From the human T2T-CHM13v2.0 reference genome, Homo sapiens, in the NCBI RefSeq assembly GCF_009914755.1, contig NC_060930.1: DNA of 64,000 nucleotides; one strand, written 5' to 3'. This document shows positions 28,001 through 41,992 of the stretch, piece by piece; the first letter of the stretch is position 1; each line of letters starts with the position of its first letter. A program made the translations under genes and the position numbers. The notes under the pieces are model-generated. The model saw only the letters and a list, made by a program, of their open reading frames with translations, made no database searches and was not told where the DNA came from.

Positions 28001-30837
28001 CAGGCTTGTTTAGAAAATAAAATGAGATCAAATTTGTCAAGCACAGAGCATTGGCCCTGGTAGGCACCACATACATGAATTTCCTTCAGATTGTAGGTGA
28101 AGTAGACTTGATTTGGGATTTCTCTTGTTACCTAGGTGCTTGTGTAGAGGAGACTTTAGAACCAGAATGTGTTATTTGTGGTTTTGAGTGTGCCTGGGAC
28201 TCTGAGCCAACTGAATTACCAAGTAATGGGGGCCCCATGGCATCCCATGACAGGTGGAGAGCCGGCTCTTCACCCTGGATGGACCTGAAATGCCTGCTAA
28301 GGCCTTGCTCCACCGAGTAGCACACACCCTATCAGTTTGCCCTTCTTTCCATCTCTTATTCTAGAGACCTTAAAGCCTACTTGTTGGTATATATTTTCAG
28401 GTTTTTGGAAATTGGGCTGTTTAATTGAAGTTAATACCAGTGATGAGACTTTTCAACCTGAGAACAACCTAGATGCTACTTCACATTTTGCAGTGGAAGC
28501 TTACTTCCATCTTCACTCATGTAGGACATTCTTTGGTCTCAATGTTTTATCACATCTCATGTTAAAGTATAATTCAGGTCTATTTTGTGGCTCCTGCCCC
28601 CTTCCCATTAATTCAATGGTTAAACAGATACAATTTTTTGACCCCCTACTATGTACCAGGCCCTCTGCCGGGTGCTAAAGCTATAGTAAAACATGGTATC
28701 TGGTTTAAAGAGCCAGACTGCACCCTGCATTTTATCTTTGCTATTAGTGTGCTAATCCAGACATTGGTACTAATGTTCTCTTTCTGGGTGGTGGGTTACA
28801 CCTCAAGGCCAGGTGGTGTGAGTCTGTCTCTGCTCTGTTGACACTTAGGAGCTGATTGGATTCAGGTGTGGCACTGTGCCTCTTTGGTCCTCAGGGTCTG
28901 CGACTGTGAAGTTGGGGCTGCCTGTTTCATAGAAAGAGGGTTTCCTGGCCCTCTCCATGTTCCCCAGCTATTGCTATTTTTACTGAGCTTCCTGCCCTGG
29001 TTGCTTGTCATATGTCATGAAAGTGATGCTAAATTCTTGGATGTGCTCCTGAGTTCTGGATGCATGTTTCCTATGCCCTTTTATTCGATTTCCACACACA
29101 GTAAGTTTTCAAACTGGAAAAAGGTGCAGCCTTATTTTGTTTAAGCTAAGTGAATATTAATAATAAAACTATTTCTGTTCCACTTCATGGCTTTTATAAC
29201 TTCATGCCTGTTAACTCTTTGAGGCAACCATTTTGTGTGGCTAATTTGAGCATGGTCTTAAAAGAGAATTTCAGTAGCATGTGTTTGCTGAGCACCTTGT
29301 GGGAAGGGGAAACAGATTCAATAACATCACAGGAGAAGCTTGGAGAAAGACAACAGGGGCATCCAAATGCTGCAGCTTTAACCTACTTTCTGGGACTGTC
29401 ATCTCGCTGACTGCACGCCTTTAGATGCTTCTTCCTCAGTCTATGGGGAGAGGGACCTGGGGCTAGAAATAGGAGAGTTTGTGGGGAGGGGCAGGATGCT
29501 GCAGGGCGTGGGTGTGGGCAGAGGTTGCAAGACTGCCAGGGTTCTCTGTGTGCCGGAAGTGCAGGTTTGGCTGTGAGGAATGGAATGTTCTCTCTTGCCC
29601 TCCAAGAGCACAAACAGCTGTGGAAGAGCTTGAAAAGAAGATTACTAAAAGAAAAAATAATAATAATTAATATGAAAATAAAATCCACCCTAGAAAACCC
29701 AACAGAACCGTGTGTGGAGTATAGTGGTAGTCATCTTTTTCATGCTATTTAAGAGAACTTTCTTCCTATCTAGGATTTCTTTTTCAGTTGAGAGCAGGAT
29801 AAATTGTGTACCCAGCCCTTTCTCCCCTTGGGAAAGCCTCATATGTCTCATTTTGTTTGGATAGAAAATTGATTCATTATTCTGATGACCAGATGATGAT
29901 TTTATTCTTTTTATGAGGGACCAGAACCTGTCGCTTGCTTGCTGCTTGAAAACTTAAATGTTAGTTTCCAAAGGCCATCTCTGTGGGTAGAGGGTTATCG
30001 TCAGCAGTTTAACGGGAAATCTTGTTTCTAACTGGAAATTTAATTATTCAGCCAAGTTCCCAACAATGTTTACTTTAGAGCATCGTCTTTTTTTTTTTTT
30101 TTAAGTCCCTTAATGGTTTAAACTTTTAAGCTTTAGGCAAGAGTAGAGTGGAGCTAGATTTACATATCAGGTTGTTTGTGCAATCTTTTACATGAAAGTT
30201 TATGTTTTCTTCTCAATCTGAAAATTGGTTTTGGCCATTATAGCTGGTATTATATATGACGTAATAACTCTCTCTGATCTCAGATACATTTTTATGCTGT
30301 CATACTTTCTGCACCTGCTTTTGAACAACATCTTAGTCCCAAAGTAGATAAAATCTAGCAGAAGGGAGTAGGCAGCTAAAAACTAGATTCTAGCAATATC
30401 TAAGGAAATTACAAGGATCAGTTAGTGTTCCATTCCTTCCTTCTTTGGCTATATCAATTCCTAGTTTTGTGAAAGTCCACATGCCTTCTTTCTGTCCATG
30501 CCTGTGCATGCTGGGTGGAGAAGCATCACAGAGCAGAATGAGGTGACTGTCCCCAAGGCAGGGTAAGGTCAAGGATCTTTCCCCTCACCTCATGATTTTC
30601 AAAAGAAAAGCAGATCTGGACCTCAGTTACCTAAAATAAAATAAAATTACCCTAGCTCTTATTCTGCACATAAAATCACAGCTTTAATCTCTCATCCCAG
30701 TTCTCACCTTTATCTTCTCAATGATGGAAACTTGGACTTAAAGGAAGTTACTGTGCTATGTTACCAGATCTAAGGAGACTGGGAATCATTAGATTGGAAT
30801 CAGATCCTCAGTCAATGGAAATATAAGGAGGAAAGAC

Positions 30838-31001
30838 CATTGGTTCTTGGCCCTAATTGCACATTAGAATAATCTGGGGAGCTGTAAAAATGTACCTATA
30901 TCCAGGCCTTACCCCATCTATTGAATCAAAACCTCTGAGACTGGGATGTGAGTGTTTAAAGTCTCCCCAGGTGATTCTAATAGGCGGGGTGAAGAACTAC
31001 T
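30838..31001. mobile_element. MER5-family DNA element
   Basis: tgcacattagaataatctggggagct...tgaatcaaaacctctg...ctccccaggtgattctaat...gaagaactact. Confidence 0.75.
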
Positions 31002-31049
31002 ACTGAAGGGAAATTGAGGGCCTCTTCCAGAGAATTGCCTTTGAAAGAT

Positions 31050-31894
31050 CCTGTCATTATACACCGAAGGCGCCCACCCGGGCCTGCTCCTGAAGCTAGC
31101 TGTTTGCAGTGCTCTCCTGTGGCACGCAGACCTCTGGGTCTCCCTGTGAATTGGGGTTCCATTGGGCTGTTCAAAAAACCTTTGTCATCTGTGGTTCAGC
31201 AGACGCGTATGTTAGAATTCAGGCATTTGGCAACCTCATTCTGAATTGTCAGTACCCACAAGTCAAGCAGTGAGACCCACTTGAAATGCTGGTCCTGTAC
31301 ACAAAGTGGGTGAGCACTGTATTGAAAGACAGTCCTTTCCAGTGCTTTCCCCTGAAATTCCTTGTAAGGACCAGGAGACGCCTGCAGTCGGCCTGGTGGG
31401 AAGTAGTGGGCCTGGCTTTGGAGTTAACCATAACTCATTTTGCTGCTCCAGACAGTCCTCCTCCCACCCCACCCCACCCCACCTCAAAAAAAAAAAGAGA
31501 GAGGAGGGGGTTGTCTTTAAAGAAAAAAAAAAAGCAGGGGCTTTTAAGAGTTAAATTACACAACTCGCTTTTTATTTTTAAAGTGAGCAGATTTCTTGTT
31601 GTCGTTGCTGAGAAAGATAAATTGATACCACATGTTGCTTCCAGACAAAAACCTCTCTGTGTTCCAGGGGAAGCACATGCAGCTGGTGTCTGGGTGAGTG
31701 GACAGTCTCCACAAGGTAAACATGGTTTGGAAGGGCTGAAGCGGACGTAGGGTACAAAATTTAAGAAATTACCAGTTACTTCTGACTGGCACGGCACCTC
31801 TGAAATACTTTTTTAAAGTTTGAAATCCTTTCCTGGAAGGGGCCGCCCTGGAACCTTTTGGCTTAAAGTATATGATGCTCGGAAAACAGTAAGT
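31050..31894 (+). promoter_or_regulatory. FOXO3: Candidate internal promoter and alternative first exon (FOXO3-short type isoform)
   Basis: Repeat-free with locally more CpGs. CACCC-box array 31463-31483, FOX motif GTAAACA 31716, STAT site TTCCTGGAA 31830, donors GTGAGT 31694 and GTAAGT 31889. An isoform starting at Met221 from an intronic first exon is known. The TSS cannot be fixed from sequence. Confidence 0.55.
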
Positions 31895-33233
31895 TAACAT
31901 TTATGATGTCACTGCTTCCGTGTGGGATCTAACAGTTGTTGGGAGCTGCTTTTGTACTTGGCACTTCACTGAGTAGTTTGCATGCAGAGCTTTATTTAAT
32001 CTTCCCAAAGAGCCAAGAGATAGTCAAAGAATGTTTTTATCCTGCCTGTGGGAATTATCCCCTTTGTAAATTATTGGTGGAATACTTTTCATTTCAGGAA
32101 GCTTCTCTCTCACACCTAATCTGATCTGTTTGGGGTCCATGTGTCTTCACAACCAGTTAGCATGTATGTAGAGATCATGGATACTTTAGTATTAGCAATA
32201 ATTGTATCTTGCAATAGAAAACGGTCTTCATTATAACAAGAAAAATAATTGCCAGATTCTGCTAGGTGCAGTCATCTTTATGCTGATTTATTCAAGGTGG
32301 ACCAAACAAAGGAATCTCTAGGCAGCAGGACTGTGAAATGTGAATTCCATCATGCTGCCTCCTTCACACACCTATTGCACCTGCCTCCTGGAAGGGTTAT
32401 GCCACTGATTGCCAGTTCTGTAACTGATTAACTACACCTAACGGGTTTCTGCCCCAGTGCAGGGCTTCCTTCAGTGTAAATTGTTTTGTAAAAGAGAAGA
32501 TGGACATAAAAATGAAATAAAGAGTATTCTTACCACTGCACTCTCTTTAGACACATTGTGATAGAGGTGTTTTAAGGGTTCTTTAAACCTTTCGGCCCAC
32601 GTTGGGGACAAGCTGGTACATTTGTCCCTGAAGCTGAAGTTTTTTCCTAGAGATCTTTCTTTCTTGTAATTTCATCAAAATCTTGATTTCTAAGTACTGA
32701 ATTTAAATCACATGATTTTGGGTTTGGGGGTCATAGTAGCTTCTTAGCTTCTTTAGTGAGTAACTGTGACAATTGCCTGAGCTCTAGCAGTAGGTGTCTT
32801 GGTTATTACGTACCTTACTATCTTAGCCTTAAGGAAGGCACATCCCTAGTTCTTCAGCCAGTTACCATTGGCCTGCCTCAAAGGGTATAGCAAAATGTGT
32901 ATTTAGATGTGATTAGAAAAATCATTCTCGTTCTGTCAAGCCAGTCCTTTTTTATCTTCAGCTCCCAATCCCAAAACTAATGTAAAATGTTAGAAATTTA
33001 GACTATTTGGTAAGGTGACATACGAATTAGTGAAAAATCATAGAATATTTGTAATGATAGTTTTCCTGGGATTGAGGTGGCAGGAGGGACATTTGAAATA
33101 TTACAGAAATTGTATCACCATTAATTTTTGATACCAGGGAAGAAGTGGGGAAACATTGGAGTTCTGGTATTTTATCTGGCATCTATTTATTTACCTTTCC
33201 TGCTTTACCAACATTTAAGTAGAGAAGTTAGTA

Positions 33234-33465
33234 CAGTTGAGCCTTGAACAATGTAGGTTTGAATTGCACAGGTCCACTTACATAGAGCTCTTTTTCAACC
33301 AAACACAGCATTCCCAGGATGTGAAACCCCCCTCTGGGCCTGGGGGAGTTGGCTCTTACATGTGAGTTTCTTCTGCGGGGCTGACTGTGGAGTGGAGTAT
33401 GCACAGGTTTAGTTATATGCAGATGGTCCTGGAACCAGTCCCCTGCGTATAATAAGGATTAACTA
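33234..33465. mobile_element. Tigger-family MITE (MER8/MER2-like)
   Basis: ta|cagttgagccttgaacaatgtaggtttgaattgcacaggtccactta...gtcctggaaccagtcccctgcgtat...aacta|ta, flanked by TA. Confidence 0.75.
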
Positions 33466-33908
33466 TAATCAGAATCATGACCTGTGAGGAAAACAGAATG
33501 TATTTCTGGCATCTGATTTTGAGGGGTAACTGGGCGTTTGAACTGGAAATGGACAGATGAGCCATATTTGTTGGCCTTTGTCAATGCCCTACCTTCAGAT
33601 TATGGATTTTGTCAATGGAAGGCTGGCCACCCTGTATGAATAGAAGGCTGCTGAGATTGGGGACTGTGAGAATGATGGTGGCACAGTTTTTGTTTGTGTT
33701 GACTTAGTAATGTAACTGGAAAAACCTGTCTGAACTTTCTGTAGGTAATAGGCTCCAGGGAATGCATTCTGCCACTAAGAAACCTCTAAACTGAGAGTCA
33801 AGCAAAGATTGGCCATTGAAGCTAATCATCTATTTAATAAGTTGGGCTTTGTTTCAGAATCTAAGAGTAGTTAATATTGGGGGTGGGAGGGTTGTGGTTT
33901 TTTGTGTG

Positions 33909-34073
33909 TTTTTTTGAGACGGAATCTCACTCTGTCATCCAGGCTGGAGTGCAGTGGAGATGGGGTTTCGCCACGTTGGCCAGCGTGGTCTCAAACTCCT
34001 GATCTCAGGTGATCTATCCCCGCTTGGCCTCCCAAAGTGCTAAGATTACAGGTGTGAGCCACCGTGCCTGGCC
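33909..34073 (-). mobile_element. AluS with large internal deletion
   Basis: Right-arm ...gcagtgg joins directly to left-arm agatggggtttc at ~33957. Confidence 0.88.
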
Positions 34074-34199
34074 AACATTGGTTTGTATGGTATCCACTGT
34101 CCTCTTTAGAATGAATGTGATCATGGCCACTTTACTAAAGAAAGACAAGTAAGTCCTATAGAATAAGCTCATACTTTGAGGTTTCCTCTTCTGAAAGAC

Positions 34200-34534
34200 T
34201 TTTTTTTGTTTGCTTTTTGGGGTTTTTGTGTTTTTTTGTTTGTTTGTTTTTTGAGATAGGGCTGTGCTCTGTCGCCCAGGCTGGAGTGCAGTGATGAAAT
34301 CACAGCTCACTGCAGCCTCAGCCTCCCAGGCACAAGTGATCCTCCCACCTCAGCCTCCCCAGTAGCTGTGACTATAGGTACATGCCACCACACCTAGCTA
34401 ATTTTTGTATTTTTTGTAGAGACAGGGTTTTGCCATGTTGCCCAGGCTGGTCTTGAACTCCTGAGCTCAAGCGATCCGTCTGCCTCAGTGTCCCAAAGTA
34501 CTGGAATTATAGGCGTCAGGCACTGTGCCTGGCT
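34200..34534 (-). mobile_element. AluJ
   Basis: Antisense dimer with degenerate T-rich tail. Confidence 0.92.
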
Positions 34535-35934
34535 CAGACTTTGTTTTTAAAATCTTAAAAAAAAATTTTTTTTTAGGAAGGGCCCACCAAATACCCGTAA
34601 CTATTTCATAAACAAATTAAAATAGTAAGATTGTGCTTTTATATTCCTATTCTTTCTTAAATGTGAAATGATTCTTTAGATAATCTGTTTAACTGTTAGC
34701 CCAAGTAGATTAAATGGTGACTTCTGCATAATTTGGTAAGAGGCCTATATGAAAGGTTGTAGAAAAAGCAGTGCATTGGAGTTTAGGAAACCCAGTGTCA
34801 GTTTTGGCTCTTGTGAACAGTAGCTGTGGGACCTTGCATTAAGTTATTTAATATCTCTCAGCCTGAGTCTTCTTATATAAAATTAGGGCACTGACATACT
34901 AATTCTTGCAGGTTTATTATGAGGATTAGAGACGATGAATCTAAAACACTCTGGCTCAGTAACTGACAGTGCTGTAATCTGGCAGGCACTGTCATCCTTG
35001 CAATTAGGGGACCTGGGTGGGTGGGCAGTCTCCATTGTCCTTTCCCACCCGAACACCCTGTGGTTATGGCCCTGGATGTGGGTGTTCCAGCCCCTTTTTA
35101 CCACATGCCCTTGTAGAAGCTTAATATCTGTGTCCAGATTTTAACCCTGTGTAGCTTTTAATTTTATAAAACTATACGCATACGTTGTTGGAGGTTAGAA
35201 TTGTGATAGATGGCCATCAGAAAATTTATGTGGGGCATTTTGCAGTTCTATAAGATGTTTCACGCTTTTTCTCAGTTGGGTTGGAATTGGTGATGCTAAA
35301 GTACATTTTAAAATATTGTTCCCTAAATGCTTTTTAAGGGGGTATAGCTGAATACTTGACTGGTCATTCTAGTTAATTCTGTGTGTTGGTGTGATCTCCT
35401 TCCAGAATCTAACGCAGAGGGGGCTGGACAGAGTGGGAGTACTTAGGGTAGGTGTCCACATTTCCATTTAGCCTCGGGACCTCCGTGTTTTTTCACTTAG
35501 AAGCTTGAGTTTGTTTTTATTTAATATATCTAGTGACCTGAATTGTAGATCCACCTGTACTTGCCTGCTTTCTGAACACTGCAGAGTACATGTTGAGAGC
35601 ATGCTTCATACCTATTGCATAGAGAAATTGTTTTACTTTTTAAAGAAGTGTACTATCCGGACCATTAGTAGAGATGCCATTATTCTTTTTAAAAACCGTA
35701 AAAGGAATCAGGATATATAGTCTCCTGGGCAACATTTGCCTTATCAGATACTCAGCATGTTGCTTATGTTCTTCTCTCAAACGCAGTTGTAGAAATGCCA
35801 ACTTATGACCCATGATTGCTAATGCTTATTGCCTATCCTGAACTACAGGCCCTTCCTACATGTGAAGCATAGTATTTTGGATTATTTACTAATGGTAAAA
35901 TCCTGCTGACATTCTGTGTTTTTAAAACATTCTG

Positions 35935-36665
<731 letters not shown>

Positions 36666-37209
36666 TTAAACAAATATATATATATGTATATATAACTTTT
36701 AGGATTGTCCATATTTAATATATGGACAGTAGCATCAGGCAGTATCTTTTGTCTTTAACGTGCAAATAAAAACTCATCTGGCCTGCAGGTACTGTTCCGG
36801 ATGTGGAGCATACAGATTCATCAGCTCCTCCCTTTTACTGCAGGAGGCATTTTACAGATTAGAATGAGCCTGCTGCAGGCCATGAACTCTCTCCACCATG
36901 GACTCTGTGTTTTATAATAGCAATAAGAACACCCTGACTTCATAGCATGACTGGCTTCTGAAATATATCATGTGTCACCCTTACATCATCCCTGTACAGA
37001 GATGGTTTGGATATGATTATAGCCATAATGAAGGTGGGGAACTGCAGTTGTTGCAGACAAATTAGATTTGTTCAGGGTCACATGGTTGGTCAGTGGCAGA
37101 GATAGGACTGAATCTGGGTCATCACTGTCAACTGGGTGTATTTGCCAAGCCAGGAGGAGAATTCTTGCAAGATGGAGTTTTGAGGGTATTTTGCCCTACT
37201 TTTTAAGTA

Positions 37210-37850
37210 AATATTTATTTTAGGATACTTTTAAATTTACAGAAAAGTTGCAGAGATAGTAGAGAGTTCCCATACACCCAATATCAAGTTTCCCCTGTGG
37301 TTAACATCTTACAGTATGTGACATTTGTCACAACTGATGAATCAATATGGATATATTATTATTAACTTAAGTTTTTACTTTCTTCAGATTTCTTTCATTT
37401 TCACTTAATGTTTTTTTTTGTTCCAGGATTCCATCCAGCATACCATATTACCTTTAGCCGTCATATCTCCTTAGGCTCTTCTAGGCTGTGACTATTTTGA
37501 GAAGTACTGACTAGGCATTTTGTAAATGTCCCTTAATTGAAATGTGTCTGATGTCTTTCTCATGCTTAGACTGAGGTTATGGGCTTTGGAAGGCAGACCA
37601 CAGAAGGTGCCATTCTCATCATGTCATATCAAGGGTACATATTATCAGCTCATCTTATCCTTGTAGATATTGACCCCGATCACCTACTGAAATAGTGTTT
37701 GTCAGTTTCTCCACTCTAAAGTTGCTCTTTTCCCCCCTTTTCATACTGTACTCTTTCTAAGGAAGTTACTATGCTCAGCCCACACTAACTTGACAGGCAA
37801 GTGTCTATATAAATTATTTGAATTCTTCTGAATGGGAGACTTGCCTACTT
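37210..37850 (-). mobile_element. Old L1M (L1MB/MC-like) 3' end
   Basis: tttaaatttacagaaaagttgcagagatagtagagagttcccatacaccc...ttccaggattccatccag. Confidence 0.7.
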
Positions 37851-38428
37851 CTCTAATCAACCTGGCAAATCCTGCTCTACACTTCTTATGTCTGCAAGAG
37901 TTACATGGTAAGGTGTAAAATCTGGCAGGATGAGATGGAGTCATAGAAAGGTTAGGTAAAAATTCTCATCGGTTCTTCATTCACAGAAGTAGTTAAGAAA
38001 AGGTAGACGTTGTGCCTCTATACTAGTGGAGGAGGGGACCATGAGAAAATAAAATAGCCCTCCACCAGGTGATTAATTACCCTTAGAGAGCCGGGGAAGT
38101 TTGTTGCAAAGTGCAGGGGACAGAGGAGTGTGGTAGTAAATTCCAAGTGTGAACTTCAATATGGGCAATATAATTACAGAAAGGCCAGTAATTAGGGGCC
38201 TTTCAATATGGGCAATATAATTACAGAAAGGCCAGGAATTTGAGGAAAACTACTATCAGTGAGCTTATCTATTCCCAGCATCTCTTGGACATGAAATCAT
38301 CTCCCTTCCCCCTAGATATGAAAACTGCCATTTAACATGTCATTTTATTCTCAAAGAGGGTCATGCATATATGTGTCTTTTTGAATTAGGATGGATTTTT
38401 TTTAACCTTTGAAATTGAGGCAGCTTTA

Positions 38429-38716
<288 letters not shown>

Positions 38717-38805
38717 TGAATGAGGAGTCTGATTTACTATATCATCTGGGTGCTCGGTTTTGGACCATTCTGGTTCATACTCTGTATTTTCTTTTCTCCC
38801 TGCAG

Positions 38806-40206
38806 AACTCCATCCGGCACAACCTGTCACTGCATAGTCGATTCATGCGGGTCCAGAATGAGGGAACTGGCAAGAGCTCTTGGTGGATCATCAACCCTGA
38901 TGGGGGGAAGAGCGGAAAAGCCCCCCGGCGGCGGGCTGTCTCCATGGACAATAGCAACAAGTATACCAAGAGCCGTGGCCGCGCAGCCAAGAAGAAGGCA
39001 GCCCTGCAGACAGCCCCCGAATCAGCTGACGACAGTCCCTCCCAGCTCTCCAAGTGGCCTGGCAGCCCCACGTCACGCAGCAGTGATGAGCTGGATGCGT
39101 GGACGGACTTCCGTTCACGCACCAATTCTAACGCCAGCACAGTCAGTGGCCGCCTGTCGCCCATCATGGCAAGCACAGAGTTGGATGAAGTCCAGGACGA
39201 TGATGCGCCTCTCTCGCCCATGCTCTACAGCAGCTCAGCCAGCCTGTCACCTTCAGTAAGCAAGCCGTGCACGGTGGAACTGCCACGGCTGACTGATATG
39301 GCAGGCACCATGAATCTGAATGATGGGCTGACTGAAAACCTCATGGACGACCTGCTGGATAACATCACGCTCCCGCCATCCCAGCCATCGCCCACTGGGG
39401 GACTCATGCAGCGGAGCTCTAGCTTCCCGTATACCACCAAGGGCTCGGGCCTGGGCTCCCCAACCAGCTCCTTTAACAGCACGGTGTTCGGACCTTCATC
39501 TCTGAACTCCCTACGCCAGTCTCCCATGCAGACCATCCAAGAGAACAAGCCAGCTACCTTCTCTTCCATGTCACACTATGGTAACCAGACACTCCAGGAC
39601 CTGCTCACTTCGGACTCACTTAGCCACAGCGATGTCATGATGACACAGTCGGACCCCTTGATGTCTCAGGCCAGCACCGCTGTGTCTGCCCAGAATTCCC
39701 GCCGGAACGTGATGCTTCGCAATGATCCGATGATGTCCTTTGCTGCCCAGCCTAACCAGGGAAGTTTGGTCAATCAGAACTTGCTCCACCACCAGCACCA
39801 AACCCAGGGCGCTCTTGGTGGCAGCCGTGCCTTGTCGAATTCTGTCAGCAACATGGGCTTGAGTGAGTCCAGCAGCCTTGGGTCAGCCAAACACCAGCAG
39901 CAGTCTCCTGTCAGCCAGTCTATGCAAACCCTCTCGGACTCTCTCTCAGGCTCCTCCTTGTACTCAACTAGTGCAAACCTGCCCGTCATGGGCCATGAGA
40001 AGTTCCCCAGCGACTTGGACCTGGACATGTTCAATGGGAGCTTGGAATGTGACATGGAGTCCATTATCCGTAGTGAACTCATGGATGCTGATGGGTTGGA
40101 TTTTAACTTTGATTCCCTCATCTCCACACAGAATGTTGTTGGTTTGAACGTGGGGAACTTCACTGGTGCTAAGCAGGCCTCATCTCAGAGCTGGGTGCCA
40201 GGCTGA
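38806..40206 (+). CDS. FOXO3: FOXO3 last coding exon, residues N208-G673 (C-terminal forkhead, NLS, regulatory region, transactivation domain)
   Basis: Translation [34 protein letters not shown] (forkhead helix 3 and wing), AKT motifs RRRAVS (S253, codon 38941) and RSRTNS (S315, codon 39127), [20 protein letters not shown]-terminus SQSWVPG-TGA. Phase-0 acceptor ttttcttttctccctgcag ends at 38805. 466 codons plus 207 upstream residues gives the known 673 aa. Confidence 0.99.
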   Translation, partial: NSIRHNLSLHSRFMRVQNEGTGKSSWWIINPDGGKSGKAPRRRAVSMDNSNKYTKSRGRAAKKKAALQTAPESADDSPSQLSKWPGSPTSRSSDELDAWTDFRSRTNSNASTVSGRLSPIMASTELDEVQDDDAPLSPMLYSSSASLSPSVSKPCTVELPRLTDMAGTMNLNDGLTENLMDDLLDNITLPPSQPSPTGGLMQRSSSFPYTTKGSGLGSPTSSFNSTVFGPSSLNSLRQSPMQTIQENKPATFSSMSHYGNQTLQDLLTSDSLSHSDVMMTQSDPLMSQASTAVSAQNSRRNVMLRNDPMMSFAAQPNQGSLVNQNLLHHQHQTQGALGGSRALSNSVSNMGLSESSSLGSAKHQQQSPVSQSMQTLSDSLSGSSLYSTSANLPVMGHEKFPSDLDLDMFNGSLECDMESIIRSELMDADGLDFNFDSLISTQNVVGLNVGNFTGAKQASSQSWVPG

Positions 40207-40240
40207 AGGATCACTGAGGAAGGGGAAGTGGGCAAAGCAG
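38806..40240 (+). ncRNA. FOXO3: 1435-nt exon that back-splices to circFOXO3
   Basis: Acceptor at 38805 and donor CAG|GTCAGT at 40241 bound exactly 1435 nt, the length I recall for circFOXO3. Predicted junction GGCAAAGCAG|AACTCCATCC. Inverted Alus flank the exon. Confidence 0.88.
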
Positions 40241-40891
40241 GTCAGTGCCGAATGCTATGGCATAAAAATAACAATATGGGGATGAGGGGGGATCTCTGGG
40301 GGAGCCTGTCTTCTCTTTACTTTGAACTTTATTCCACACTGAAAACCATGGAGCAGTGGTGCACATAATATGGCTCCCAGCCAGTTCCATCTCAGGGTTT
40401 TACCTGCAAACCAAATAGGGCTGTCAGGTGCCCCCCTTCCCCCGCACAGTTTGCTGATAGTTCAGAAATCTACTGCTCGTGAAGAGAACACGTACGCATT
40501 CAGAGATCGCATTCTTTTTTTGCATCCAGTTGTCCTCACTGGCCTGTGACGCAGGTTGCCCTACTTGATGGATGGATGAGAAGAGAAGGAGAGGGATGGG
40601 AAGCTTGGGTCGTACTTCAGGGTTAAGGATCCCAGCCAAAGGGCTTTCCTAGAAAGACTCTCTGGTCCGTCACCGCTTTTGTCAATCTTCAGTGTTACAT
40701 GTTCTTCATCTTTTTTTCCTTGTAAAGTAATGATCGGCAGGTACTTCTAATTTGCCTGCAGAATATGTATTCTAGACTCTTTCATATATGAATATTTCTA
40801 ACAGAAGCAAAATCTGTTAATTATTCTTTATCTTAGTACTAAGCATCTTTATTAGCTAGCACTCAAGAGCTAAACCTTTAAAAAAGTAAGA

Positions 40892-41179
40892 GGCCAGGCA
40901 CAGTGTCTCACGCCTATAATCCCACAACTATGGGAGACTGAAGCAGGAATTGCTTGAGGCTAGGAGTCAGAGACCAGCATGGGCAACATAGCAAGACTCT
41001 GTCTCTACAGAAAACTTAAAAAATTAGCTGGGTGTGGTGACACATACCTGTAGCCCCTGCTTCTCAGGAGAATCCCTTGTGCCCAGGAGTTTGAGGCTGC
41101 AGTGAGTCATGATCGTGCCACTGCACTCCATCCTGGGTGGTAAAGCAAGAACCTATCTCTTAGAAAAAAAAAAAAAAAA
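40892..41179 (+). mobile_element. AluJ
   Basis: Sense dimer with poly-A. Confidence 0.9.
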
Positions 41180-41364
41180 GCCAAAAAATTAATTTGAAAA
41201 CACAGGTGTTTGTATGAGGGAGTACTTACTCGTGTGCTTCTGCTTGTTCACCAAACTATAAATGATATCAGCAGTTTCCAAACATAGAGTGACACAGGTT
41301 GTGAATGGTGATGGAGATTTTTTCAATTGTGGCATTTTAATGTTCTCAGAACCACAAAGATCAG

Positions 41365-41565
41365 GCAGTGTGATGTAAGAAAAAGCATTTGATTGAAATC
41401 AGGAATTGAGGTTCAGGCCCACTTCTACCACTTTCTTGCTACCACTATGGTTGTGTCTTAGGTCTCTGAGTCTCAACTTCCAGTTTTATAAAATGAGGAT
41501 AATAGCCCCCATTACTTCACAGGGTTATTACAAGAATCAAATGCACTAAAGCATGTGAAACTGCA
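41365..41565 (+). mobile_element. MIR
   Basis: ggcagtgtgatgtaagaaaaagcatttga...tctctgagtctcaacttcc...taaaatgaggataata...acttcacagggttatt. Confidence 0.7.
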
Positions 41566-41640
41566 GTAGGCTGAAATATGTACCATGCAACTAGGTATAC
41601 TGACAAATGGGCAAGCAGGTAGCCCAGAGAGGTTAAGTAG

Positions 41641-41992
<352 letters not shown>

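Noticed and set aside
31286-31797. Cluster of overlapping ORFs (154, 82 and 120 aa)
   Set aside because: They mostly use near-cognate starts and encode low-complexity peptides from C- and A-runs. The region is better explained as promoter-like sequence.
38775-40163. Antisense ORFs of 148, 114 and 129 aa over the exon
   Set aside because: Codon-register shadows of the sense CDS, with no independent promoter, splice or homology evidence.
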